Positions 10,244-18,892 of a stretch of 64,000 bases of DNA are shown here, piece after piece; position 1 is the first letter of the stretch, and every line of letters starts with the position of its first letter. The position numbers were made by a program, and so were the translations under genes. The stretch covers positions 17,161 to 81,160 of the forward strand of contig JBAZOT010000005.1 in assembly GCA_041648575.1 (NCBI GenBank), given 5' to 3'. The notes beneath the pieces are model-generated. The model saw nothing but the letters and a program-made list of their open reading frames with translations, did no database searches and had not been told where the DNA came from. Origin of the DNA: Patescibacteria group bacterium. Its GTDB lineage: Bacteria; Patescibacteriota; Patescibacteriia; Veblenbacterales; UBA10138.

Positions 10244-10310
10244 TAATTACTCACATCCCCCGGCCTTGCATATTGCATAACGGGGGTTGGTTTTTGTATA
10301 CTATTCTATT

Positions 10311-11579
10311 CTAATACTTCCCCCTCGCCTCAATTGCTTTACCAATTCTTTCTATAGCTAATACAAAAGCTGCAGTGCGTAAATCAATTTTTAATTCCTG
10401 CACCTTGCTCCAAATATCATTAAAGGCACGAGTCATAATTGGTTTTAGTTTTTCCATCACTTCTTTCTCTTCCCAATAATATTGCCCGATATTCTGCATT
10501 AATTCAAAATATGATACCGTAACGCCGCCGGCATTGGCTAACACATCGGGCACTACTATAATTTTTCGCTTGGCGAGTTTAACATCTGCCTCGGGCGTAG
10601 TTGGTCCATTAGCCATTTCAAATACTACTTTAGTTTTTATGCGGCCGGCGTTTTTGGAAGTTATCTGATTTTCTAAAGCTGCCAACACTAAAATATCTGT
10701 TGGCAGTTCTAATAATTGCTTGTTAGTTACTTGTTTAAAATTCTTACAATCACAAACCGTGCCAATACAATAACAGCCAGCAATTAAGCCACGGGCTTTT
10801 TTATCTTGCATCACATGTTCCGGATCCATACTAATACCATTTTTGGAATAAATTCCACCTTGGGAATCAGACAAACCAATTATTTTATAACCAACTTGAT
10901 AAGCTAATTTAGCAAAATTAAAACCAACATTACCAAAACCCTGCACAATAATTCTGGTTTTTTTAGGATTTAATTTTAATTTTTTGGCCAGTTCAGTTAA
11001 AACAAACAAGCCGCCTTGACCTGTGGCTTCAGCGCGACCGGCCGAACCGCCTAATTCCAAAGGCTTGCCAGTTACCACCCCCGGCACCTTTTTACCAACT
11101 ACACGCGAGTATTCATCCACAATCCAACCCATCATTTCCGGAGTAGTATTTACGTCAGGCGCTAAAATATCTTGCTCTGGTCCAATAAACGGAACTAAAC
11201 GACGAGTTAAGGCGCGAGTTAAACGTTCCAGTTCGTTCTTGGATAATTTTTTTGGGTCAACTGTAATACCGCCTTTGCCGCCACCCAAAGGAATATCCAC
11301 TACTGCACATTTTATTCCCATCCAAAAAGCTAAAGCCTTAACTTCGTCCAAATTAGTTTGTGGATGATAACGTAAACCACCTTTATAAGGACCCCGAGCA
11401 GAAGTGTATTGTACGCGAAAACTTTCAAACACACGAGTTGCGCCGTTATCCATTACTACTGGCAAAGAAAACTGCACCACCCGCTCTGGGTGTTTTAATT
11501 GCTCTAAAGCTTCTGGGAATACTTTGGCATACCCAGCTGCTTTTTTAAGTTGTTGCATGGCATTATTGAATACGGACAT
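10311..11579 (-). CDS. gdhA: Glu/Leu/Phe/Val dehydrogenase (glutamate dehydrogenase)
   Basis: GPYKGGLRYHP, GGGKGG, APDVNT, VQGFGNVG, PDVLANAGGVTVSYFE. Confidence 0.96.
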   Translation of the reverse strand: MSVFNNAMQQLKKAAGYAKVFPEALEQLKHPERVVQFSLPVVMDNGATRVFESFRVQYTSARGPYKGGLRYHPQTNLDEVKALAFWMGIKCAVVDIPLGGGKGGITVDPKKLSKNELERLTRALTRRLVPFIGPEQDILAPDVNTTPEMMGWIVDEYSRVVGKKVPGVVTGKPLELGGSAGRAEATGQGGLFVLTELAKKLKLNPKKTRIIVQGFGNVGFNFAKLAYQVGYKIIGLSDSQGGIYSKNGISMDPEHVMQDKKARGLIAGCYCIGTVCDCKNFKQVTNKQLLELPTDILVLAALENQITSKNAGRIKTKVVFEMANGPTTPEADVKLAKRKIIVVPDVLANAGGVTVSYFELMQNIGQYYWEEKEVMEKLKPIMTRAFNDIWSKVQELKIDLRTAAFVLAIERIGKAIEARGKY

Positions 11580-11590
11580 AAATAAATAAA

Positions 11591-12010
11591 TTAATTAATT
11601 AATTTACGATTTAGTACATAAAGCGCTCCGGCCAGTATTATCAACAAAACTCCTTCAACTAAGGCCTGGGTTTGTTTATATGCTGATGAATATTGTGCCC
11701 AGTTTATGGTATAAACCATATAAATTGTAAGCAAGCCATTAACTATAGCTACTAAAGATATTCCCTTGACCAAGGGGGAATATTTATCTGGATGACGGGC
11801 TATTAAAAAAATTATTACTGATAAAGCCAATGACGCCATGGCAATTATTGAATCATGATAGGAACTATACAAAGCGCTATCAAACCAGGGAAAAATTGTT
11901 AAACCAAAATAATGAGCTATTGATCCAATGAAATAAAACGCAGAGGCAAGGTAAAGAATTACTCTTAACAATTTTACTCTAAATAATGAACCGGAATTAG
12001 TATTAAACAT
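11591..12010 (-). CDS. Hypothetical 4-TM membrane protein
   Basis: Four hydrophobic segments; co-oriented in the trx-gdh run. Confidence 0.7.
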   Translation of the reverse strand: MFNTNSGSLFRVKLLRVILYLASAFYFIGSIAHYFGLTIFPWFDSALYSSYHDSIIAMASLALSVIIFLIARHPDKYSPLVKGISLVAIVNGLLTIYMVYTINWAQYSSAYKQTQALVEGVLLIILAGALYVLNRKLIN

Positions 12011-12053
12011 GAAATAAGCCTTAAATTAAAATTTAAAAATCAAAATGTAAAAT

Positions 12054-12290
12054 TTACTTCTTTTGTTTATTATCGATTAAAGTATTTTTATGTGGATAGC
12101 AACATAAAACATTATCTAAATATTGCACACCACAAAAATATTTACAAATTGAAACATTTTTTATAGCGCATTTATGATTATCCACTCCCTCGGCCTCATT
12201 CCAAGGACATTTCATTTGTTTCCATGAGGTTTTATCTTCTGAAGTAAGATCAATATCCATATTTGCCCCATCTAAAACTTTTGTTTTCAT
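12054..12290 (-). CDS. Small Cys-rich hypothetical protein
   Basis: 6 Cys in CPW..HKC..CKYFC..CCYP. Confidence 0.7.
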   Translation of the reverse strand: MKTKVLDGANMDIDLTSEDKTSWKQMKCPWNEAEGVDNHKCAIKNVSICKYFCGVQYLDNVLCCYPHKNTLIDNKQKK

Positions 12291-12333
12291 AAATATATTA
12301 ATTAAAATTTAAGAATACTTATTAGACTATTAA

Positions 12334-13494
12334 CTACAAATTACCTCGGTTTATGGTTCTTCTCCAGTCTTGTATCGCTTCCCTATGTTTATAGGCAATT
12401 AATTTTGGTAATGTATCCATCGAAAAATATCTAACTTCCGACGACTCTTTGTTAAGCCTAGACTCACCACCTATTATTGAACCGAAATAGATTATATCTA
12501 AGTTTATTCCCCGTGGATCGTTATCTATCTGGTAAACGCCAACCAATTTATCAACCTTAATATCCAGATTAGTTTCCTCCTTAACTTCCCTAATTAATGC
12601 AGACTCTGGTTTCTCTGAATAATTGACGTAACCACCGGGCAAACACCAAAAATTTTTAAGCGGTGTTTTTGCTCGTTTAATAAGTAAAATTTTCCCTTGT
12701 TTCTTGAGAATTACACTAACGACTGGTTTGGGATTGTTCCAAAAAACAAAATTACATTTTGGGCAGAATAATAACCTTTGTCTGTCCACTAATTTCCTTT
12801 TCAATTGATTAGAACAAGTAGGACAAAAGTTATATTCTTTCTCCCTCGGATTATTTTTTATGTAAAATTCTTTAATAATTTCATTCTTAAAACTATTAAA
12901 GATGTTGTTTTCTAACTGGTACTCCCAGAGAAAAATTCTTGCAGAATCAGGAAGCTTGCTCACCATAAATCTTATTTTATCCTTAATTCTCCCTCTTCCC
13001 TCTGCTTTAAATAATTTAGGCGCTATCGAAGTAAAAAATGCAAAGCTATCTGCCGTAACGAGATAATTTAAATCCTGGTCATTTAACTTTTCAACCTTAT
13101 CCCCAGTATCATCATGGTTGGTTATTAAAAAATTAATTCTCTTTATAATATCACTTTTTATATTATTTTTCTTCAAAATAGGAACGATAAATTTTACACT
13201 TCTTTTAGCATGCAACTTCTTATGTTCTAAGTATGCTCTACTACTCCTATCTCCTTTAAAACCACCTCCCACTTTAGGTGTTACCACCCTATCAATATCA
13301 TGAAACAAAGCAGCTAATTTTAAAGCGGTTGAAGCACTTGGATTCAATTTTTCAATCCAATCTAAAACATCTAAAGCGTGTAACCTTTCTCCCTTTACCC
13401 CCTGCATTATATCCTTATCATGACATTCGAATCTTCTACAAATTTGTTCTAATATTTTTTTAGCCTTTTCAATCGTATTATTCATAATACACAT
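12334..13494 (-). CDS. HD-domain (DUF4202-like) / zinc-ribbon NUDIX hydrolase fusion
   Basis: RLHALD...AALFHDIDR...HD...AD; CPTC..CPKC; Nudix box GYVNYSEKPESALIREVKEETNL. Confidence 0.85.
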   Translation of the reverse strand: MCIMNNTIEKAKKILEQICRRFECHDKDIMQGVKGERLHALDVLDWIEKLNPSASTALKLAALFHDIDRVVTPKVGGGFKGDRSSRAYLEHKKLHAKRSVKFIVPILKKNNIKSDIIKRINFLITNHDDTGDKVEKLNDQDLNYLVTADSFAFFTSIAPKLFKAEGRGRIKDKIRFMVSKLPDSARIFLWEYQLENNIFNSFKNEIIKEFYIKNNPREKEYNFCPTCSNQLKRKLVDRQRLLFCPKCNFVFWNNPKPVVSVILKKQGKILLIKRAKTPLKNFWCLPGGYVNYSEKPESALIREVKEETNLDIKVDKLVGVYQIDNDPRGINLDIIYFGSIIGGESRLNKESSEVRYFSMDTLPKLIAYKHREAIQDWRRTINRGNL

Positions 13495-13521
13495 TAAATA
13501 CTCGCATCATTAACTATTAAA

Positions 13522-14505
13522 CTACTTTCCTGCCCTTCCCCAATCAATTTTAACGCCCCGCAGCCCCCGTACTTTTTGCAAATATTCATAAGCTTTAAGC
13601 GCAGCAGTAGCGCCCCAGCCAGCTGAAATTACAATTTGCTTATAAGAAATCGCAGTCAAATCGCCGGCAGCAAAAATTCCCGGAGCCGAGGTTTCTGCAT
13701 CCCAAGAAATTTTAATTTGCTTTCGCTCATCCAAATCCACCAACCCTTCTACCAATTTAGCATCCACCACAAAACCTACTTGAACAAATACTCCTTCAGT
13801 AATAATTTCCCTAGTTTTATTTGGGTCACGATTATCATAAATCACCACACTTTTAACCCTAGTATCACCCTTGATTTCCTTAACTTGGCTATTCATTATT
13901 ACCTCAATCTGCGGCTGTTTTAATTGCTCCACTAACACTGCTTCAGCATTAAAATTATCATTACGATTAACCAAATAAACTTTGGGACTGTTTTTAGCCA
14001 GGAGCAACGCAGCATCTATTGCTGAATTGCCACCACCCACCACCATCACCGGCTTATTTTTAAATAATGGCGCATCGCAGGTCGCGCAATAACCAACTCC
14101 TTTAGCACCAAATTCTTTTTCGCCCGGCACATTTAAATGCCGATGGGTTAAACCAAAAGCTAAAATCACACTATAGCTAGTATAATTTTCAGTATTAGTG
14201 GAAATCGTAAACAATGGCTTATTTTCTTTGTCTTGTTTACTCTCAATTTTTGTAACTTCAGCAAACACAAACTCTGTACCGAATTTTTCCGCTTGCTTTT
14301 TAAACTTATCCATCAATTCCGGGCCAGTAATCAACTCCACACCTGGATAATTTTCTATTTCATCAGTACTAGCTGCTTGCCCGCCAATATCTGGGGAGAT
14401 TAATAATGTTTTTAAAGCCCGGCGTGAGGAATAAATCCCGGCAGTGAGTCCCGCAGCTCCGCCACCAATAATAATTACATCAAATATCTTTTTGTCATCA
14501 GTCAT
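13522..14505 (-). CDS. trxB: Thioredoxin-disulfide reductase
   Basis: IIGGGAAG, YCATCD, VGGGNSA, GIFAAGD. Confidence 0.96.
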   Translation of the reverse strand: MTDDKKIFDVIIIGGGAAGLTAGIYSSRRALKTLLISPDIGGQAASTDEIENYPGVELITGPELMDKFKKQAEKFGTEFVFAEVTKIESKQDKENKPLFTISTNTENYTSYSVILAFGLTHRHLNVPGEKEFGAKGVGYCATCDAPLFKNKPVMVVGGGNSAIDAALLLAKNSPKVYLVNRNDNFNAEAVLVEQLKQPQIEVIMNSQVKEIKGDTRVKSVVIYDNRDPNKTREIITEGVFVQVGFVVDAKLVEGLVDLDERKQIKISWDAETSAPGIFAAGDLTAISYKQIVISAGWGATAALKAYEYLQKVRGLRGVKIDWGRAGK

Positions 14506-14522
14506 AAATAATAAATTATTTA

Positions 14523-14846
14523 TTAAGAATGTTTTTCCAAAGCTTGTTTTAATTTATCCTTGGGTTGTACTCCATGAAATTGCTCTACCACTTTTCCTTG
14601 TTTAAAAATAAATAGTGTGGGAATACTCATCACATTATATTGCCCAGCCATAGTTGTATTTTCATCCACATTAATCATACCAACTTTAAAAGGTTTGCCT
14701 TCTAAATCTCGGGCTAGCTCTTCCACAATTGGCCCAAGCATGCGGCAAGGGCCACACCATGGCGCCCAAAAATCAACCAACACTGGTACCTCGCTTTTTA
14801 AAACCTCTTGCTCAAAATTTTGATCTGTTAAATTTATTTCTGCCAT
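14523..14846 (-). CDS. trxA: Thioredoxin
   Basis: DFWAPWCGPC. Confidence 0.98.
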   Translation of the reverse strand: MAEINLTDQNFEQEVLKSEVPVLVDFWAPWCGPCRMLGPIVEELARDLEGKPFKVGMINVDENTTMAGQYNVMSIPTLFIFKQGKVVEQFHGVQPKDKLKQALEKHS

Positions 14847-14886
14847 AACATAAATTTAAAAATTAAAAATCAAAATATAAAATAAA

Positions 14887-15156
14887 TTAAGAAGTAATTT
14901 TAAACAATTGAGCAACTGTACGCTCAAGTTTTTTTATTTTATCTTGAGAGCCAGTCCCTGATCCAAAACATCCAGTAGCTTCGACTTCCAACAACAAACG
15001 CCCCAAACGTTCCAACGAAGCCCTAGCTGCCACAATTTGTTGCAGTACTTCAGAACAAGCGCGTTTGTCTTGTATCATTCCGCCTATACCTTGAATTTGT
15101 CCTTGAAGCCGATTAAAATGCTGACTGACTTCTTTAATGTCACATTCTATACTCAT
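14887..15156 (-). CDS. CsoR/RcnR/FrmR family repressor
   Basis: RLQGQIQGIGGMI...CSEVLQQIVAARASL; second Cys in ATGC. Confidence 0.88.
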   Translation of the reverse strand: MSIECDIKEVSQHFNRLQGQIQGIGGMIQDKRACSEVLQQIVAARASLERLGRLLLEVEATGCFGSGTGSQDKIKKLERTVAQLFKITS

Positions 15157-15195
15157 ACTATATACTAGTATATAGTATTAACATAAATTTGTCAA
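15155..15195 (-). promoter_or_regulatory. Promoter with an overlapping 24-bp perfect palindrome (candidate operator of the CsoR-family repressor)
   Basis: Minus-strand TTGACA (15195-15190)-17 nt-TATACT; palindrome ATACTATATACTAGTATATAGTAT at 15155-15178. Confidence 0.8.
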
Positions 15196-15211
15196 TATTT
15201 TAAAATAAACA

Positions 15212-15348
15212 TGGCTGTGCACGGGCATAGTCGTACGTTCAATAAACAACCGTCAGGAAATTCCTGACCATTATTAATCACTATCGTGACACACCCAGTT
15301 TATAATTAACTGGAAAAACCCGATTCGTTTGTATTAGAATCGGGTTTT
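15212..15348 (+). ncRNA. Candidate small structured RNA (bulged rod plus terminator), family unassigned
   Basis: TTAACA-17-TAAAAT promoter; nested helices; AAAACCCGATTC..GAATCGGGTTTT terminator; only an 18-codon ORF. Confidence 0.5.
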
Positions 15349-15419
15349 ATTTATAACGACGCTTAATAATGGCTAAAATTAGCTATTTTTATTAATTTAA
15401 CGTCAAGATCTACTTAAAT

Positions 15420-15435
15420 TGTTCCACGTGGAACA
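15420..15435. promoter_or_regulatory. parS: parS centromere-like site 1
   Basis: TGTTCCACGTGGAACA perfect palindrome resembling the parS consensus; near dnaA. Confidence 0.9.
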
Positions 15436-15521
15436 ATTGTACTCAATTCTCCATATCATAATATACAATACTTAACCACGAGTAATTCTATATAATTACA
15501 CTTAAATAAAAATTAGGTACT

Positions 15522-15597
15522 TGGTGGACCGTACCGGATTTGAACCGGTGACCTCTTCCATGCCATGGAAGCGCTCTACCAACTGAGCCAACGGCCC
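15522..15597 (-). tRNA. tRNA-Ala(GGC)
   Basis: Cloverleaf GGGCCGT...; anticodon arm CTTCC-ATGGCAT-GGAAG; G3:U70; encoded CCA. Confidence 0.95.
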
Positions 15598-15699
15598 GCT
15601 AAACACCCAATTTTGGGATATTTCTAAACTTGCTTGTATATTATAGCTAAATAATGAAAACAGTCAATTATATCAATAAAATCAAGGCTTTTTACCAAT

Positions 15700-15715
15700 T
15701 GTTCCACGTGGAACA
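15700..15715. promoter_or_regulatory. parS: parS centromere-like site 2
   Basis: Identical TGTTCCACGTGGAACA, 280 bp from site 1. Confidence 0.9.
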
Positions 15716-15774
15716 ATATTAACTTACTGCGTTAGTTTCACTATTTCAGGAATAAAATCCAGATATTTTACCCA

Positions 15775-16536
15775 TTACCCTTGTCCTGTTTTACGTGTTG
15801 GAGTATTGGCCATTTCATTTAAAATTGCTAATAAAGGAAAGATAATAACGGCATTTATAATCCGAAATATGCGCTTTGGTTGCTTAATTACCCGCCATAA
15901 CCATTCTAAGCCGAGTTTCTGTATATTTTTTGGCGCCCTAGATACTTGTCCACTTAAATAATCAAAACTACCTCCCACACCAATAGCTACTTTTACACTT
16001 GGTATTTGTTTTAAATAATAACTTATCCACTTTTCCTGTTTAGGAGCTCCAAAACCTACTAACAAAACCTGTGGCTGATGTTTATTTATTTCATTTATTA
16101 ATCGATCGTTATCATTGCTAGATAAAGGAAACTGATCATTATCATTAAAAAATGGTCCTACCAAATAATTAATATTTGTCTGGGTGTATTTTTGTTTAAT
16201 TTTATCTAAAACTTCACTGGATCCGCCAGTAATCAAAAATGAATAATTGCTATTTTGTAATAACTGATCAACTAAATCAACTCCGCGAACTAAACCGCTA
16301 TATAACGGTTTGCCTATAATGTAAGAAATGAATTTGATACCAAAACCATCTGGTACGCGTAAACTGGCTTGATTTAAAATATCAAAATAGTCGTGATGTT
16401 TTTTAGCGTATAATAATATTTCTGGATTAGCTGTAACTATTAACTGCTGACCCTGGCTATTAACTAACTCGTCAATTTTTTTCAATGTCTGGTCTAGAGA
16501 AATATCATCAATCGGTAAATTAAAAATCTTTAACAT
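15775..16536 (-). CDS. WecB/TagA/CpsF family glycosyltransferase
   Basis: IVTANPE, PDGFG, GFGAPKQE, GVGGSFD, GLEWLWR. Confidence 0.95.
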   Translation of the reverse strand: MLKIFNLPIDDISLDQTLKKIDELVNSQGQQLIVTANPEILLYAKKHHDYFDILNQASLRVPDGFGIKFISYIIGKPLYSGLVRGVDLVDQLLQNSNYSFLITGGSSEVLDKIKQKYTQTNINYLVGPFFNDNDQFPLSSNDNDRLINEINKHQPQVLLVGFGAPKQEKWISYYLKQIPSVKVAIGVGGSFDYLSGQVSRAPKNIQKLGLEWLWRVIKQPKRIFRIINAVIIFPLLAILNEMANTPTRKTGQG

Positions 16537-16614
16537 ACAGTGTTATTGTAGCACTTCAACGCTTTAACACTATAACAATATAACATTTAAACACCACGAA
16601 ATTTTAATTTAAAA

Positions 16615-16690
16615 AAGCGCGGCAGGGGTGGGGTTGTTAGAGGTAGAGGACGGCCTCCACAATTCTAAGTCGCCTGCCTCTAGCAAAAAA
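16615..16690. repeat. Hairpin unit B copy
   Basis: GTTAGAGGTAG...CTGCCTCTAGC stem, homologous to 7113-7161. Confidence 0.7.
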
Positions 16691-16698
16691 GTAGCCAT

Positions 16699-16732
16699 TT
16701 GACTTATTAAGTGTACTATAGTACACTTAATA
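16699..16732 (+). promoter_or_regulatory. Promoter with a 28-bp perfect palindrome (candidate SOS-type operator)
   Basis: TTGACT-17-TACACT; TATTAAGTGTACTATAGTACACTTAATA at 16705-16732. Confidence 0.8.
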
Positions 16733-16736
16733 TACT

Positions 16737-17321
16737 ATGTCTCGACCACTTAGCAACAACTTAAGAACCAAAGAGCTAAAGAAGTTTTGGCAAGTTAATG
16801 AGCGTATGCCCAGTTATGCGGAAATTGCCGAGTTTTGTAAATTTAATTCCAAATTTGCCGCCTTGCGCCTAGCGCGTAAATGGCTGGCTTTAGGTTATGC
16901 TAAAAAAGATTATTCAGGAAAATTAATACCTGGAAAATTAATATGGCCAGTAAAACTTTTAGGCACGGTACAAGCCGGATTTCCCAGCCCAGCTGAAGAA
17001 GAAATGGCCGACACTATTTCGCTAGACGACTGGCTAATTAAAAAACGCGAAGCTAGTTTTATGTTAAAAGTTACTGGCGATTCCATGATTGACGCAGGAA
17101 TTCAACCGGGCGATATGGTGATACTCGAACGCGGCCGCGAACCGCGGCACGGCGATGTGGTGGTGGCTGAAGTTGATAGGGAATGGACTATTAAATTTTT
17201 TGAAAAGCGCAATCGGCAAATTGTGCTACGGCCAGCTAATAAAAAATATCAAACAATTGTGCCACGAGAAGAGTTAAAAATCGCCGGCGTAGTAACCGCG
17301 GTTATTAGGAAATATAAGTGA
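16737..17321 (+). CDS. LexA/UmuD-like S24 autopeptidase with N-terminal HTH
   Basis: MPSYAEIAE HTH; QAGFPSPA cleavage site; GDSM Ser and TIK Lys dyad. Confidence 0.92.
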   Translation: MSRPLSNNLRTKELKKFWQVNERMPSYAEIAEFCKFNSKFAALRLARKWLALGYAKKDYSGKLIPGKLIWPVKLLGTVQAGFPSPAEEEMADTISLDDWLIKKREASFMLKVTGDSMIDAGIQPGDMVILERGREPRHGDVVVAEVDREWTIKFFEKRNRQIVLRPANKKYQTIVPREELKIAGVVTAVIRKYK

Positions 17322-17397
17322 ACACAAATTCTAAACTCTAATATCTAAATCCTAAACAAATTTAAAATACCAATACCAAAACATTAATGCCACCATA

Positions 17398-17558
17398 GCG
17401 AGGGTAAGAAAACGGCGTGGAACCGAAGCGAGCGAAAAAGTAGCCGCGTGTTATGGTTGTTTTGCATAGCGGCTACAGCGAGCGACGGTAACGCCGTCTT
17501 ACCCGAAGCTCCTGGTGGCGCTTTTTCCCACCACTTTTTCTAAAAAAGTGGTGAAAGA
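17398..17558. repeat. Long nested hairpin followed by 44-bp unit A
   Basis: GGGTAAGA..CGGCGT..GTAGCCGC / GCGGCTAC..ACGCCG..TCTTACCC; 17515-17558 is the reverse complement of 6989-7032. Confidence 0.8.
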
Positions 17559-17565
17559 ATTAAAT

Positions 17566-18885
17566 ATGTCAACCAATAAACCATTAACACTCTCCCACTG
17601 GCCGCGAGCAATTCTGCATGTAGACGGCGATGCTTTTTTTGCTGCTTGCGAACAAGCGCTTCACCCAGAATACCGCGGACTACCAGTAATTACTGGCAAA
17701 GAGCGGGGAATAGTAGCTGCGGCTAGTTACGAAGCTAAAAAACTCGGCATCAGCCGCGATGTGCCCTTATGGGAAGTAAAAAAAATATGCCCCAATGCTA
17801 TTATTTTACCATCGGATTATGAAACTTATAGTTTATTTTCCAAACGCTTGTTTAGTATTATGCGACGATTTACTTCACAAGTAGAAGAATACTCTATTGA
17901 TGAAGGTTTTGCTGATTTAACCGGCTTACAGCGACCAATGCACACTAGCTACGAAACCATTGCTAAAAAAATGAAAACAACAATTGAATCAGAGCTTGGA
18001 ATTACCGTATCAATTGGTTTAAGTTTATCCAAAGTACTGGCAAAAATCGGATCAAAATTTAACAAGCCATCGGGCTTTACTGCTATCCCCGGATGGGAAA
18101 TTCATAAATATTTGCAAGTAACTCCAATAGAAAAAATATGGGGCATGGGACCACGCACAACTGCTTATTGTTTAAAACTTGGCGTAAAAACTGCACTAGA
18201 TTTTGCTACTAAAAGCGAGGATTTTATAAAACAATATTTTACCAAACCGCACTGGGAAATTTGGCAAGAACTAAACGGCCATTCAGTTTATGAAGTTACT
18301 ACCGAAGAAAAAACCGACTACATTTCTATCAGTAAAACTAAAACTTTTACACCGCCGTCTGATAGCCCAGCTTATGTTTATGCGCAATTAGTAAAAAATC
18401 TAGAAAACGCCTGCATTAAAGCGCGACGCCATAATTTAGTGGCTCAAGGGTTAATTATTATTTTACGCACCCAGTATTATCACACAGCGGGCTTGAAAGC
18501 TAAACTTAACCGCGCCTCTAATTTTCCCCAAGATATAATTGGTATTACCCAGCGCTTGTTTAATCATTTGTTTAAATCTAAAAATCTTTACCGCGCCACG
18601 GGAATTGTTTTAACTAATCTAACTCCTTTGGAAGGACTGCAACGAACATTGTTTGAACCAACTGTTAAATTGGAAAAATTAAAAAGATTATACGAGGCAG
18701 TAGATTTAATGTCGGAAAAATTTGGCAAACATTGCCTGTATTCGGCTGCTAGTTTGCCAGCACAAAAAACACCGCAGCACGTGCGTGATCGGGGCAACGT
18801 GCCAGTTAGAAAATTAAACAGAATAACAGGCGAATCAATTAGAAAACACCTAAACATCCCTATGTTGATGAATAAGGTTAATTAA
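17566..18885 (+). CDS. Y-family DNA polymerase (Pol IV/UmuC-like)
   Basis: ILHVDGDAFFA, AASYEAK, YSIDEGF, KPSG; start moved to the ATG at 17566 because the upstream GTG lies in a repeat. Confidence 0.94.
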   Translation: MSTNKPLTLSHWPRAILHVDGDAFFAACEQALHPEYRGLPVITGKERGIVAAASYEAKKLGISRDVPLWEVKKICPNAIILPSDYETYSLFSKRLFSIMRRFTSQVEEYSIDEGFADLTGLQRPMHTSYETIAKKMKTTIESELGITVSIGLSLSKVLAKIGSKFNKPSGFTAIPGWEIHKYLQVTPIEKIWGMGPRTTAYCLKLGVKTALDFATKSEDFIKQYFTKPHWEIWQELNGHSVYEVTTEEKTDYISISKTKTFTPPSDSPAYVYAQLVKNLENACIKARRHNLVAQGLIIILRTQYYHTAGLKAKLNRASNFPQDIIGITQRLFNHLFKSKNLYRATGIVLTNLTPLEGLQRTLFEPTVKLEKLKRLYEAVDLMSEKFGKHCLYSAASLPAQKTPQHVRDRGNVPVRKLNRITGESIRKHLNIPMLMNKVN

Positions 18886-18892
18886 AACTAAA

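Noticed and set aside
17515-17565. N-terminal extension of the Y-family polymerase
   Set aside because: Lies inside the 44-bp dispersed repeat; the ATG at 17566 is the likelier start.
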